Below are positions 1 to 7,843 of a DNA stretch of 64,000 nt, in pieces. The notes beneath the pieces are model-generated. The model made no database searches. It worked only from the letters and a program-made list of their open reading frames with translations, and had not been told where the DNA came from. Where the stretch lies: positions 1-64,000 of the IMG/VR virus record IMGVR_UViG_3300031999_000009. One strand, written 5' to 3'. The position numbers and the translations under genes are program-made. This DNA is from a virus. How positions within the stretch are numbered: position 1 is the stretch's first letter; each line of letters opens with the position of its first letter.

Positions 1-1
1 T

Positions 2-181
2 GCCGTGACCGTGCCGCGCTCGACAGCCATCGAGATTGCGCTCGATGCCGGACGCATGGAGCAGCGGCTCGCGACCAGCGGGGCCCCGGCCGAATTGATG
101 GAGAAGATTCGCGCCGCCGACTACAAGACTCTGATCAAGACCGTGCGGCCGGCGTTCAGCTACGCCAGGTATGGGATGTGA
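2..181 (+). CDS. Hypothetical protein, 3' end only
   Basis: Frame open from the window edge to TGA at 179-181 (...KTVRPAFSYARYGM*). Confidence 0.55.
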   Translation, partial: AVTVPRSTAIEIALDAGRMEQRLATSGAPAELMEKIRAADYKTLIKTVRPAFSYARYGM

Positions 182-357
182 CGCAGGGACAGCAACGCGG
201 ATTCGACGGCACGGTGGTCTACCGCTGGGTGCTGTCGTTGCCCGGCGGGTCGCACGTCTACACGTGGGCGGCGACGCGCGCGGACGCGATCGCGAAATGT
301 CTCGCGCATCGGAAAGTGACGCCGGTGACGGTTGAACCCGCACCGCCGTTGTGGTAA
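178..357 (+). CDS. Small hypothetical protein (59 aa)
   Basis: GTGA overlap with the upstream stop; MTQGQQRGFDGTVVYRWVLSLPGG...PPLW*. Confidence 0.5.
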   Translation: MTQGQQRGFDGTVVYRWVLSLPGGSHVYTWAATRADAIAKCLAHRKVTPVTVEPAPPLW

Positions 358-360
358 TGT
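352..360 (+). promoter_or_regulatory. Putative extended -10 promoter for the tRNA array
   Basis: TG-G-TAATGT ends 7 nt before tRNA-fMet; similar TGn-TAnnnT boxes at 1513, 44868 and 47980. Confidence 0.35.
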
Positions 361-367
361 TTCGTTT

Positions 368-443
368 CGCAGGGTGGAGCAGCGGCCAGCTCGCTTGGCT
401 CATAACCAAGAGGTCGGGGGTTCGAGTCCCTTCCCTGCATCCA
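368..443 (+). tRNA. tRNA-fMet (CAT), initiator type
   Basis: Cloverleaf, C1:A72 mismatch, A11:U24, anticodon loop CTCATAA, TTCGAGT T-loop, encoded CCA. Confidence 0.9.
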
Positions 444-451
444 AGATTCCA

Positions 452-514
452 ATGACGCAACACTCATCGTCTCAACGGTTACTTAGCTCGCGCCTATTGG
501 CGCTGAGTTATTGA
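452..514 (+). CDS. Putative leader/sensor peptide MTQHSSSQRLLSSRLLALSY
   Basis: 20-codon ORF whose codons match the anticodons of all eight downstream elongator tRNAs; no obvious Shine-Dalgarno. Confidence 0.55.
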   Translation: MTQHSSSQRLLSSRLLALSY

Positions 515-607
515 TCCGCGTGAGCTGGTGAGTCTCGCCGAAGCGTCAGCCTTCCTCTAGACAGACGACGTCGCAGCGCTCACTGATTCACGCGATAGCT
601 CTATCGC
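479..607 (+). promoter_or_regulatory. Attenuator-like leader with mutually exclusive stems
   Basis: Stems 481-494/499-508, 479-493/518-531, 517-532/579-594 and 592-597/602-607. Confidence 0.5.
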
Positions 608-697
608 GGAGAGTCGGCCTATCGGCTAGGGCACACAGTCTCGAAAACTGCCACCGCCTAAGAACGGCTGGGGGTTCAACTCCCTCACTCTCCGCCA
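608..697 (+). tRNA. tRNA-Ser (CGA)
   Basis: GGAGAGT/ACTCTCC acceptor stem, loop CTCGAAA, long variable arm, G73, CCA. Confidence 0.85.
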
Positions 698-699
698 AA

Positions 700-882
700 C
701 TATTCGCAGGTCGCTGGCGTGCACGGAACCATCTCGACGATCTCGTGGTCGATGATGGCGCACCGGCCGCAGACGAGCCTGCCATCGTCGAGAACGAACG
801 GCTGTGGGTGTTCGCAGTCGTAGGGACAATGGGCGTGGTCGCAGTCGTGCTGGAGGCACCACTCGGAGTAGGTCACGCTCAT
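700..882 (-). CDS. Cys/His-rich 60-aa protein, antisense within the tRNA array
   Basis: Fills the gap between two tRNAs almost exactly; CxxHxCxHxHCxxxC and CxxC motifs. Confidence 0.6.
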   Translation of the reverse strand: MSVTYSEWCLQHDCDHAHCPYDCEHPQPFVLDDGRLVCGRCAIIDHEIVEMVPCTPATCE

Positions 883-890
883 ATCGTAAC

Positions 891-968
891 CGCCGCGTGA
901 AGGGAACAGGCAGACCTCCCAAGCTCAAACCTTGGGGCTTCTCGGTTCGACTCCGAGCGCGGCGACCA
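891..968 (+). tRNA. tRNA-Leu (CAA), short variable loop
   Basis: CGCCGCG/CGCGGCG acceptor, CCAAG-CTCAAAC-CTTGG anticodon arm, A73, CCA. Confidence 0.8.
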
Positions 969-972
969 TCGT

Positions 973-1047
973 GGACCTGTGGCGAACGGCAGAGCAGGCG
1001 AGCTTAAACCTCGCCGGGTGCGGGTTCGAATCCCGCCGGGTCCACCA
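973..1047 (+). tRNA. tRNA-Leu (TAA), short variable loop
   Basis: GGACCTG/CGGGTCC acceptor, GCGAG-CTTAAAC-CTCGC, TTCGAAT, ACCA. Confidence 0.8.
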
Positions 1048-1052
1048 GACTT

Positions 1053-1136
1053 CGGCACGTGGCGGAACGGCAGACGCGCAAGCCCGAGGCGCTTGTGGAG
1101 AAATCCGTGGAGGTTCGATTCCTCTCGTGCCGACCA
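1053..1136 (+). tRNA. tRNA-Leu (GAG)
   Basis: CGGCACG/CGTGCCG acceptor, CAAGC-CCGAGGC-GCTTG (C at position 33), long variable arm, ACCA. Confidence 0.85.
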
Positions 1137-1140
1137 TCTT

Positions 1141-1224
1141 GGAGGCGTAGACCGTTATGGAGACGGGGCTGTCTGTAGAACAGTCGTTTCGGCTCGGCTG
1201 GTTCGATTCCAGCCGCCTCCACCA
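1141..1224 (+). tRNA. tRNA-Tyr (GTA)
   Basis: GGAGGCG/CGCCTCC acceptor, loop CTGTAGA, extended variable arm, ACCA. Confidence 0.85.
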
Positions 1225-1230
1225 TCTCAC

Positions 1231-1308
1231 GGGCAAGTGAAGGGAACTGGCATACCTTGTCGGCTCAGACCCGGCAGCTTGTGGGTTCGACTCCCACCTT
1301 GCCCACCA
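1231..1308 (+). tRNA. tRNA-Leu (CAG), short variable loop
   Basis: GGGCAAG/CTTGCCC acceptor, GTCGG-CTCAGAC-CCGGC, ACCA. Confidence 0.8.
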
Positions 1309-1346
1309 GTTCTGAATCAGGAACGGCGATCCTGATTCCTTGACAC

Positions 1347-1433
1347 GGAAGGCGTCCGACTGGACGAGGAAGCAGCCCGCTAAGCTGCCGGCGCTCATCA
1401 CGCTTCGGGGTTCGAGTCCCCGGCCTTCCGCCA
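1347..1433 (+). tRNA. tRNA-Ser (GCT)
   Basis: GGAAGGC/GCCTTCC acceptor, GCAGC-CCGCTAA-GCTGC (C at position 33), long variable arm, GCCA. Confidence 0.85.
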
Positions 1434-1434
1434 T

Positions 1435-1508
1435 TGGCGAGTCGTTCAACGGCAGGACGGCGCCCTTTGAAGGCGTCTATCGTGGTTCGAATCCACGCTC
1501 GCCAGCCA
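1435..1508 (+). tRNA. tRNA-Gln (TTG)
   Basis: TGGCGAG/CTCGCCA acceptor (U1:A72), loop CTTTGAA, GCCA. Confidence 0.9.
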
Positions 1509-1535
1509 ACTCTGCTAGGATGTGCAGGAAACTTT

Positions 1536-1900
1536 GGGGCCGACCCGGTTTCGACGGGTGTAAGAGAGCGATGTGTGCGTGCCGTCCTTGTCAGCCATGG
1601 ACGTAAAACGGGCGGACATCCTTCAACTGCTCAAGAAGCATTTGAACTCCCGATCGCGGCGTAACAACCGTCGTCGGGCGGTGGTCCTGCGAGGCGCCCA
1701 GTAGCAGGAACCCACTGTCATTTACCGGGCTAAGGCGTGGCGAGAATCCGGTGGTAGCCACGCACGAAAATCACGGTCGGATGGTGGAGGGCAAGTGCAA
1801 GCTGCCCCTCCCGCAGCCCAGCGGGTCATCTGGGATACGCACGTAGAGCACATCGAACGACGACATTCGGACGTGGGTTCGACTCCCACCGGCTCCACCA
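1536..1900 (+). ncRNA. ssrA: tmRNA; tag (A)AQEAFELPIAA* at 1629-1664
   Basis: 5' GGGGCCGA...GGTTTCGAC; 3' T-arm GTGGGTTCGACTCCCAC plus CGGCTCCACCA with G3:U70; tag ORF ending in AA. Confidence 0.93.
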
Positions 1901-1928
1901 CTTATGGCGATGATTCCCTCGGCGTAAC

Positions 1929-2417
1929 GTGCTTCCACTGCTCGTTTCGGCTGGCGCAACCTTCGGCGACGACGATCGTTACCGCTACAACTTGTGGCGA
2001 AACTTCGTTGTCGAGCCGAAGGACGCGTGCCTGTGGGTGATGCTGAACCCATCGACCGCGACCGCTACGGCTGATGATCCCACCGTCCGTCGGTGCCAAC
2101 AGTTCTCCCGCGCCTGGGGATTCGACGCGTGTCGCGTCGTGAACATCTTCGCGTGGCGGTCCACCGACCCGAAGGTCTTGACCCTCTTGGAAGACCCTGT
2201 GGGCCCAGAGAACGACGAATGGATTGCGCGCGAGGCGAGCTGGGCCGGCAAGATCATCTGCGCCTGGGGAGCCTACGGCCATCTCAGAGGCCGCAGCGAA
2301 CGGATTCGTCATCTCCTTGCGCCTTACGAGCCCTGGTGCTTCGGCCTCACCAAGAACATGCAGCCACTTCATCCGCTCTACCAACATTCGACCACGCCGC
2401 TGGTGCGCTGGGCGTGA
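1929..2417 (+). CDS. DUF1643 family protein
   Basis: YRYxLWR, VMLNPSTA...DDPT, VVNIFAWRSTDP, ICAWG and PLHPLY motifs. Confidence 0.85.
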   Translation: MLPLLVSAGATFGDDDRYRYNLWRNFVVEPKDACLWVMLNPSTATATADDPTVRRCQQFSRAWGFDACRVVNIFAWRSTDPKVLTLLEDPVGPENDEWIAREASWAGKIICAWGAYGHLRGRSERIRHLLAPYEPWCFGLTKNMQPLHPLYQHSTTPLVRWA

Positions 2418-2611
2418 GAACAAAAGCAGAGATCGCCGCTGCCGCGGCGCACGACGAGGCCACCCGCCCGTTGATGCGCAACTGGATCGACAGCTTGGAC
2501 GGCATTCACCGAGGGCTGGTCTTCTGCGCGATGCGCGATGCGGCCCAACAGGCCATCGACGCGTGGGAAGCCGAGCGCCAGGAGCGCGTCGCGGCGGAGT
2601 TCTTCTCGTGA
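2414..2611 (+). CDS. Hypothetical protein
   Basis: GTGA-coupled at both ends; MRTKAEIAAAAAHDE... Confidence 0.6.
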   Translation: MRTKAEIAAAAAHDEATRPLMRNWIDSLDGIHRGLVFCAMRDAAQQAIDAWEAERQERVAAEFFS

Positions 2612-3300
2612 AGTTGCCCATCACGCAGGAGAACCTGCGCGAGTGGTTCCCGTCACCGTATGTGGAGAACCCGCTAGCGGGTGACCCGTGGTGGCAATTG
2701 CAGTCGCTCGGCCTACTCTGCGCGCTTCAGTTCATGCGCCTGATCCCGGCCGGCGATCTCCAGCAGCAAGCGCTGATCGAACTGCGACGGGGCCTGGACA
2801 CGGGCCTGTTGGCGATTCCGGCGCCGTCCGACGAAGAGATCCAGCGTCGCCGCGCACAGTCGCTGGCTCCGTGGTGTCCGTCGCCCTTCCCGGTCGTGGA
2901 CGCGATGCTGAACTTGGCGGCGCTCACGCCAGACGACGTGCTGCTTGACCTGGGGAGTGGCGATGGCCGGATCGTGCTGGAAGCCGCTGCGCGCGGCGCG
3001 CGCTCCATCGGCGTGGAGATCGACGCGGCATTCGTGTCGGCGTCCATTGAGCGTGTGAGCGAAGACCCCGCCTACGCGCGGGCGTCCTTCCGCCACGAGA
3101 ACGCCCTCGAAGCCGACTTGTCAGAGGCGACCGTCATCACCTGCTACCTGGTGTCGACGTCGATGGCGGTGTTGTCCGAGAAATTCCGCACACTTCGGCC
3201 TGGAACACGTATCATTTCCCATGCGTTCGCAATGGCAAACTGGGCCCCGACTCGCGTCGTTCACGTGGACGGTGTGCCGGTTTTCCTGTGGACTGTGTGA
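2608..3300 (+). CDS. Class I SAM-dependent methyltransferase (FAM173/DOT1-like protein methyltransferase type)
   Basis: SLAPWCPSP..VVDAML, LLDLGSGDGRIV, GVEID and LRPGTRIISHAF motifs. Confidence 0.85.
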   Translation: MKLPITQENLREWFPSPYVENPLAGDPWWQLQSLGLLCALQFMRLIPAGDLQQQALIELRRGLDTGLLAIPAPSDEEIQRRRAQSLAPWCPSPFPVVDAMLNLAALTPDDVLLDLGSGDGRIVLEAAARGARSIGVEIDAAFVSASIERVSEDPAYARASFRHENALEADLSEATVITCYLVSTSMAVLSEKFRTLRPGTRIISHAFAMANWAPTRVVHVDGVPVFLWTV

Positions 3301-3326
3301 CAATGGGCGCCTGACGAAAGGACCGG

Positions 3327-4811
3327 ATGGCCCTCGCTGACTGGCTTCCATGGGGTCGCCCGCGCGACCGCGCGAGCACCACCGACTTGATGTCGGACGG
3401 GCTGCCGAAGGGCGTTCGCACCGTTCAAGGCGTGTCGTCGCAAGAATTCGGTGCCTCGGGCACTGAAAACTTCGGCGGCTACATCCGCAAGGAAGACTTC
3501 AATCCCGAGCTCGACGATTGGCAGCGCGCGGTTGCCATCTACGACAAGATGCGGCGCACGGATGCCCAGGTCCGCGCGATGCTGCAGGTCATCAAGCTGC
3601 CGCTCCGGGGCGCGACCTGGACGTGCAATCCCGCGTCGACCGACCCGATCGACAAGAAGATCGCTGACTACTGCAACAACGCGTTGTTCGACGACGACGC
3701 GATGGAAGACTCCTGGGACTTCACTCTGCGGCATATCCTGTTGCAGCTTGACTTCGGCGTGAGCGTGCTGGAGAAGGTTTGGAAGGTCGACGAGGATGGT
3801 CATTACCGCTTCAAGCGGCTGGCACCGCGGCTTCCGAAGACCTTGCGTGAATGGCACGTGAACCGGGAAGGCAAGCTGGTGGCCATCGTTCAATATGCGC
3901 CAGTGCCGCAGAGCACCACTCGGCTCGCCAACGCGCAGTTGCGCACGCCCACCTACAATACGAGCATCAGCTACCAGTATCTGACGATCCCCGCTGAATA
4001 CGCGGCCGTCTTCTGCTTGGAGCGCGAGGGCGACAACTACGAGGGCTACAGCCTCCTGCGGAACGTCTACCGCAATTGGTGGTTCAAGGACCAGGCGTAT
4101 CACACGATGGGCGTCGGCCTCGATCGGTGGGGCGTCGGCATTCCCGTCGCAGAGCTCGAGGAAGGACACACGCTCTCGACTGGCGATCTGCAGACGTTGC
4201 GCGAAGTCCTGCAGGCCATTCGTGCGAACGAGAAGTCCTACTTGGTCGCGCCGCCGCACGTGAAGTTCAAGATTCTTCCCGAGGGCGCATCCGGCGGCAC
4301 CATCGGCCAGTTCGGCATCGGGTGGATTGACCACAACGACTCGCAGATTGCCCGCAACGTGCTGGCGAACTTCCTGACGCTTGCGAAGGATTCGCAGGGA
4401 TCGCTCAATCAGGGCAGCGGCTCGCGGTTGACGGACATGTTCGTCAGTTCGTTGAACGGCATCGCGGCCGGCATCAACGGCGACCTGAAGCAGCAAATCA
4501 TCAAGCCGCTGTGCGACCTGAACTTCGATATGTCGCGTCGGCGGTATCCCGTTCCGGTCTGCCTTGACTTGGAGCAGGTCGAGCTGCAGAACCTGATTGA
4601 GATTCTTGCGAAGCTGACGGGCACCGTCATCACGCCGCAAGACGACGACGAGACGTTGCTGCGGAAGATGCTTGGGCTGCCGAAGCTGGACCCGCACAAC
4701 AAGCGCGATCAGAATGATCCAGTCAAGGCAGAGATGACCACGGCGACCGACGCGGTCGCCCCACCGGCTCAGCAAACGCCGGCGCCTGGCGAAGTCGAGG
4801 GGAGCATATGA
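3327..4811 (+). CDS. Portal protein (DUF935, Mu gp29-like)
   Basis: YDKMRRTDAQVRAML, LDFGVSVLEKVW, YEGYSLLRNVY..WWFK, DRWGVGIP; position at the start of the head module. Confidence 0.85.
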   Translation: MALADWLPWGRPRDRASTTDLMSDGLPKGVRTVQGVSSQEFGASGTENFGGYIRKEDFNPELDDWQRAVAIYDKMRRTDAQVRAMLQVIKLPLRGATWTCNPASTDPIDKKIADYCNNALFDDDAMEDSWDFTLRHILLQLDFGVSVLEKVWKVDEDGHYRFKRLAPRLPKTLREWHVNREGKLVAIVQYAPVPQSTTRLANAQLRTPTYNTSISYQYLTIPAEYAAVFCLEREGDNYEGYSLLRNVYRNWWFKDQAYHTMGVGLDRWGVGIPVAELEEGHTLSTGDLQTLREVLQAIRANEKSYLVAPPHVKFKILPEGASGGTIGQFGIGWIDHNDSQIARNVLANFLTLAKDSQGSLNQGSGSRLTDMFVSSLNGIAAGINGDLKQQIIKPLCDLNFDMSRRRYPVPVCLDLEQVELQNLIEILAKLTGTVITPQDDDETLLRKMLGLPKLDPHNKRDQNDPVKAEMTTATDAVAPPAQQTPAPGEVEGSI

Positions 4812-5776
4812 AGATTGCCGGTCAGCGCGTAGATGGCGCTCTCCATCTGGCTCTTGGCGGAGGCGTCTCCGTCGTGCTGCGCGGGCAGCACATGAGCCGG
4901 CCGCTTGACGAATCCGTCGCCGAGCGCATGGGCCCGTGGCACGCCGTGGTGTCGTCGTTCGATTCGCGTCGTCGTGTCGAGCGCATGTTGGAGACGGCGC
5001 GCGTGGTGCCGATCTCGCAGCTCGCCATCTCGTTGGACATGAGCTTCGACGAACGCCGCGAGCGCGTGTGCAACGCGTTGTGCGAGAAGCTCGGGATGCC
5101 GAAGCCTGGGTCGAACATGCCGATGTCCGCAGCGGGGCCCTGGATTCCCACCAACGGGCTTGGCGAGGAATGGGTCGTCTACTGCATGGACGGCAAGCAC
5201 TTCGTGCTGGGCTACGACATCGACGACATGGGCGTCGTCACGTTCACGGAAGGCGAGGCCGAGGAAGTGGTGCAGGCGTGGCAGACGCTCGCGGAGCGAG
5301 CAGCCGAAGAGGCGCGCGAAGAGGTCACGCGCGTCGAGCCTGCGTCAGAGGGCGGCGGGGCCGAGAACGTGGACTTGTCGCGCTCGGTGTGGAGGTTCTC
5401 GAATCCAGACGGCATCAATCAATACACCGGTGGCGGCGGGGCGGGCAAGTTCGCGGCGAAAGAATCGACTGAGCGTGCAACGTCCGGCGAGCGCAGGGAG
5501 GCGGCTGGGCACTCCTCGGCGCGCGACGCTCACATTGCAGCGGCTGAAGCACACCGGATGGCCGCGAACAAGACCGGCAGCTCTGAAGCCGCTCGGGCGG
5601 CCACCGCCAAGGCCGCTGCTCTGACGGCTGGATTCAAGTCTGGGGCTGCCGCTGCCAAGGCTGCGGCTCGTGCACGCGAGGAAGCCGCCAATAGCACGAC
5701 CGACAACGCGCCTGGTTACGCCCACGGTGAGGCCCAGAAAGCCCACATGGACGCGGCTCGCGCACACGGAGCATAA
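4808..5776 (+). CDS. Putative head-associated protein with SNPDGINQY motif
   Basis: ATGA-coupled to the portal; N-domain paralogous to 6969; Ala-rich C-terminus. Confidence 0.7.
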   Translation: MKIAGQRVDGALHLALGGGVSVVLRGQHMSRPLDESVAERMGPWHAVVSSFDSRRRVERMLETARVVPISQLAISLDMSFDERRERVCNALCEKLGMPKPGSNMPMSAAGPWIPTNGLGEEWVVYCMDGKHFVLGYDIDDMGVVTFTEGEAEEVVQAWQTLAERAAEEAREEVTRVEPASEGGGAENVDLSRSVWRFSNPDGINQYTGGGGAGKFAAKESTERATSGERREAAGHSSARDAHIAAAEAHRMAANKTGSSEAARAATAKAAALTAGFKSGAAAAKAAARAREEAANSTTDNAPGYAHGEAQKAHMDAARAHGA

Positions 5777-5777
5777 A

Positions 5778-6953
5778 ATGCCTGGCAGACCTCACCACAC
5801 CGAACACATGAAGTCGTGCGTCGAAAAGGTCATGGCGTCAGGCAAGGACGAGTCTGCGGCCTACGCGATTTGCACGGCGTCGCTGCAGGACGCCGGCCAG
5901 CCCATCTTCGAAGCAGACGACCAGGCCGCCGATGCGGTGCACTTGCGCCTCCTGGCCGTCCGGCATCGCATCCTCGCGCTGTCGAATCCAGAAGGCGTCA
6001 ACCAATACACGGCGGGCGGTGGCCGGGCTGGCCACTTCGACGACAAGGACAGCAGCCGCATCTCCGGCATCGCGTCGAAGGCTGGCGGCGATCGCGACAA
6101 GGAAAACGCCTTGGCGTCGCAGATGGCGAAGTCCATCACGGACCCAGACAAGGCGCATCGCCGTGCGAATGCCGCCGAAGACCAAAACTATCACCAGGTG
6201 GCCGCGATCTTCCGCGCCAGAGGCGACGAGCTGCAGCCCAAGCCCTCCGCAGGCGGCGAGCACGCTGCGAAGGACACCGAGCGCATCGCGGGCATTGTCA
6301 CGCGTGCAGGCGGGTCGTTCGACAAACAGTCCGCCCTGGCCGAGCAGATGGCGAAGTCCATCGACAGCCCTGAGAAAGCCGCCGCTCGCGCCTCTGCGGC
6401 TGAAGCGGCCGGACACCCGCACATTGCCGAGAAGTTCCACGAGCGCGTGCAGGAACTGACACCCAAGACCGCTGAGGTCAAGGCTGAGACGCCGAACGCG
6501 CAGGCCCCGCCTGTCTCGACGGTTGCGCCGCCGAAGGCCGACACGGGCCCCAAAATGGGCGAGCACCTCTCGCCGCGCATGCAGATCATCAAGACCGAGG
6601 GCGAGCAGCTCCGCGGAAGTGAGCGTCCGCTCGACTACGGTCACGTGAACGAGCTGCTCCGCGAGAAATACGGCGACGAGCGTGGCAACAAGCAATACGA
6701 GAAGCTGATTGACGCGCCAGGCCGAGGCGTGCATTTCGTCGTGGGCACCAAGATCCAGATGGAGAAGGTCGCGATGGCTAAAGCGGTGGGCGTGCCGCGC
6801 GATCAGATTTCCGAACACAGCTATGGGTCGTTGCACGGCAAGTGGATGGCGCAGAAGGCGTCCAAGAAACTGTCGGCGATGGACGACGACCTCGACATCA
6901 TTCTCTTGCGTTCACTGGCCGAACATCATCGGTCCCTGGCCGCGTCGTTGTAG
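5778..6953 (+). CDS. Putative head-associated protein with SNPEGVNQY motif and an internal duplicated domain
   Basis: CVEKVM...AYAICTASL N-terminus; two ~65-aa repeats (QMAKSI..P.KA). Confidence 0.7.
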   Translation: MPGRPHHTEHMKSCVEKVMASGKDESAAYAICTASLQDAGQPIFEADDQAADAVHLRLLAVRHRILALSNPEGVNQYTAGGGRAGHFDDKDSSRISGIASKAGGDRDKENALASQMAKSITDPDKAHRRANAAEDQNYHQVAAIFRARGDELQPKPSAGGEHAAKDTERIAGIVTRAGGSFDKQSALAEQMAKSIDSPEKAAARASAAEAAGHPHIAEKFHERVQELTPKTAEVKAETPNAQAPPVSTVAPPKADTGPKMGEHLSPRMQIIKTEGEQLRGSERPLDYGHVNELLREKYGDERGNKQYEKLIDAPGRGVHFVVGTKIQMEKVAMAKAVGVPRDQISEHSYGSLHGKWMAQKASKKLSAMDDDLDIILLRSLAEHHRSLAASL

Positions 6954-6968
6954 ACAGAAGGAGCAGAC

Positions 6969-7568
6969 ATGCGAATCGAAGGACTGCGCGCCGACGGTGC
7001 GCAACTGTTGCTGTTGGGGTCAGGGTTGGCGGTCATCATGCGCGGCGATCGCGTGTCCACGACGGTGGATGAAGACGTGGCGCGCAAGCTTGGACCGTGG
7101 GGCCCCGCGGACAACGGCCTGGAGCAGCGTCGCGCAGCCGAGCGGCAGGTTGACCGCTGCCGCGTCACCCCTATTCACCTGATGGGCGCGATGCCAGCCG
7201 CCGCGGATTCCCCGGCGTCAAAGGGTGAGCCCGCGGCCACGGCGGAGGAGCTGAAGGCCAAGGCCAGCGAGCACCAGGCGGCCGCATGGGGCGAGGACAA
7301 CGACATCGACAAGCTGAAGGAAGACGCGGACAACGAAGCCAAGGAAGCGCTGAAGCAAAGCGCGTCGGCCAAGACAGCGGCGGATCACCGCGCAGCTGCC
7401 GATGCCTTGGAAGCCGCGGCGGCCTCTCAGGCGGCGGTGGCGAAACTTCAGGAGGGCCCCGCTGCGACGCCGGCTCCTGGCACGCCAGAGTTCGATGCGT
7501 ATGTGGCGGCAGAGGTCGCGCGACGCGTGTCAGAGGCGCAGGCGACTCCCGCGCCAGTCAGCGCGTAA
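6969..7568 (+). CDS. Hypothetical protein, paralog of the 4808 N-domain
   Basis: AAGGAG RBS; shared DG..L.LG.G..V..RG and GPW motifs. Confidence 0.75.
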   Translation: MRIEGLRADGAQLLLLGSGLAVIMRGDRVSTTVDEDVARKLGPWGPADNGLEQRRAAERQVDRCRVTPIHLMGAMPAAADSPASKGEPAATAEELKAKASEHQAAAWGEDNDIDKLKEDADNEAKEALKQSASAKTAADHRAAADALEAAAASQAAVAKLQEGPAATPAPGTPEFDAYVAAEVARRVSEAQATPAPVSA

Positions 7569-7584
7569 TCGGTTACTCTTAGCC

Positions 7585-7839
7585 ATGCCGCTCGACCCGC
7601 TGTGGAAAGAAGTCGCTCGCGATACGCCGGATGCCCGCGCGAAGCGGTCATTGAACGAGAAGAAGCACAAGGTGCTCGGCTGGATGGAAGAAGTCTTCTG
7701 CGTGAACTGTGGAGTGTCGGGCGGAATGATTTCAAGGGACTGGGCGTTGTTCGTCACGTATCTCTGTGACGACTGCGTGTTCAAGCATGGGCGGCCCCCA
7801 ATGGCCGAGCTACCAGAGCATCTGGTGAAAGGACAATAG
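7585..7839 (+). CDS. Zinc-ribbon protein
   Basis: CVNC...CDDC. Confidence 0.65.
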   Translation: MPLDPLWKEVARDTPDARAKRSLNEKKHKVLGWMEEVFCVNCGVSGGMISRDWALFVTYLCDDCVFKHGRPPMAELPEHLVKGQ

Positions 7840-7843
7840 AGCG

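Noticed and set aside
444-607. Retron msr-msd or 6S RNA interpretation of the tRNA leader
   Set aside because: No reverse transcriptase, no flanking a1/a2 repeats and no 6S-type single rod; the leader-peptide reading fits better.
891-1308. TCA/TTA triplets in tRNA loops read as stop-codon suppressors
   Set aside because: The stems define 7-nt loops with CAA, TAA and CAG at positions 34-36; the triplets include U33.
804-1664. ORFs overlapping the tRNA/tmRNA block
   Set aside because: Explained by the RNA genes; only the tmRNA tag frame is meaningful.
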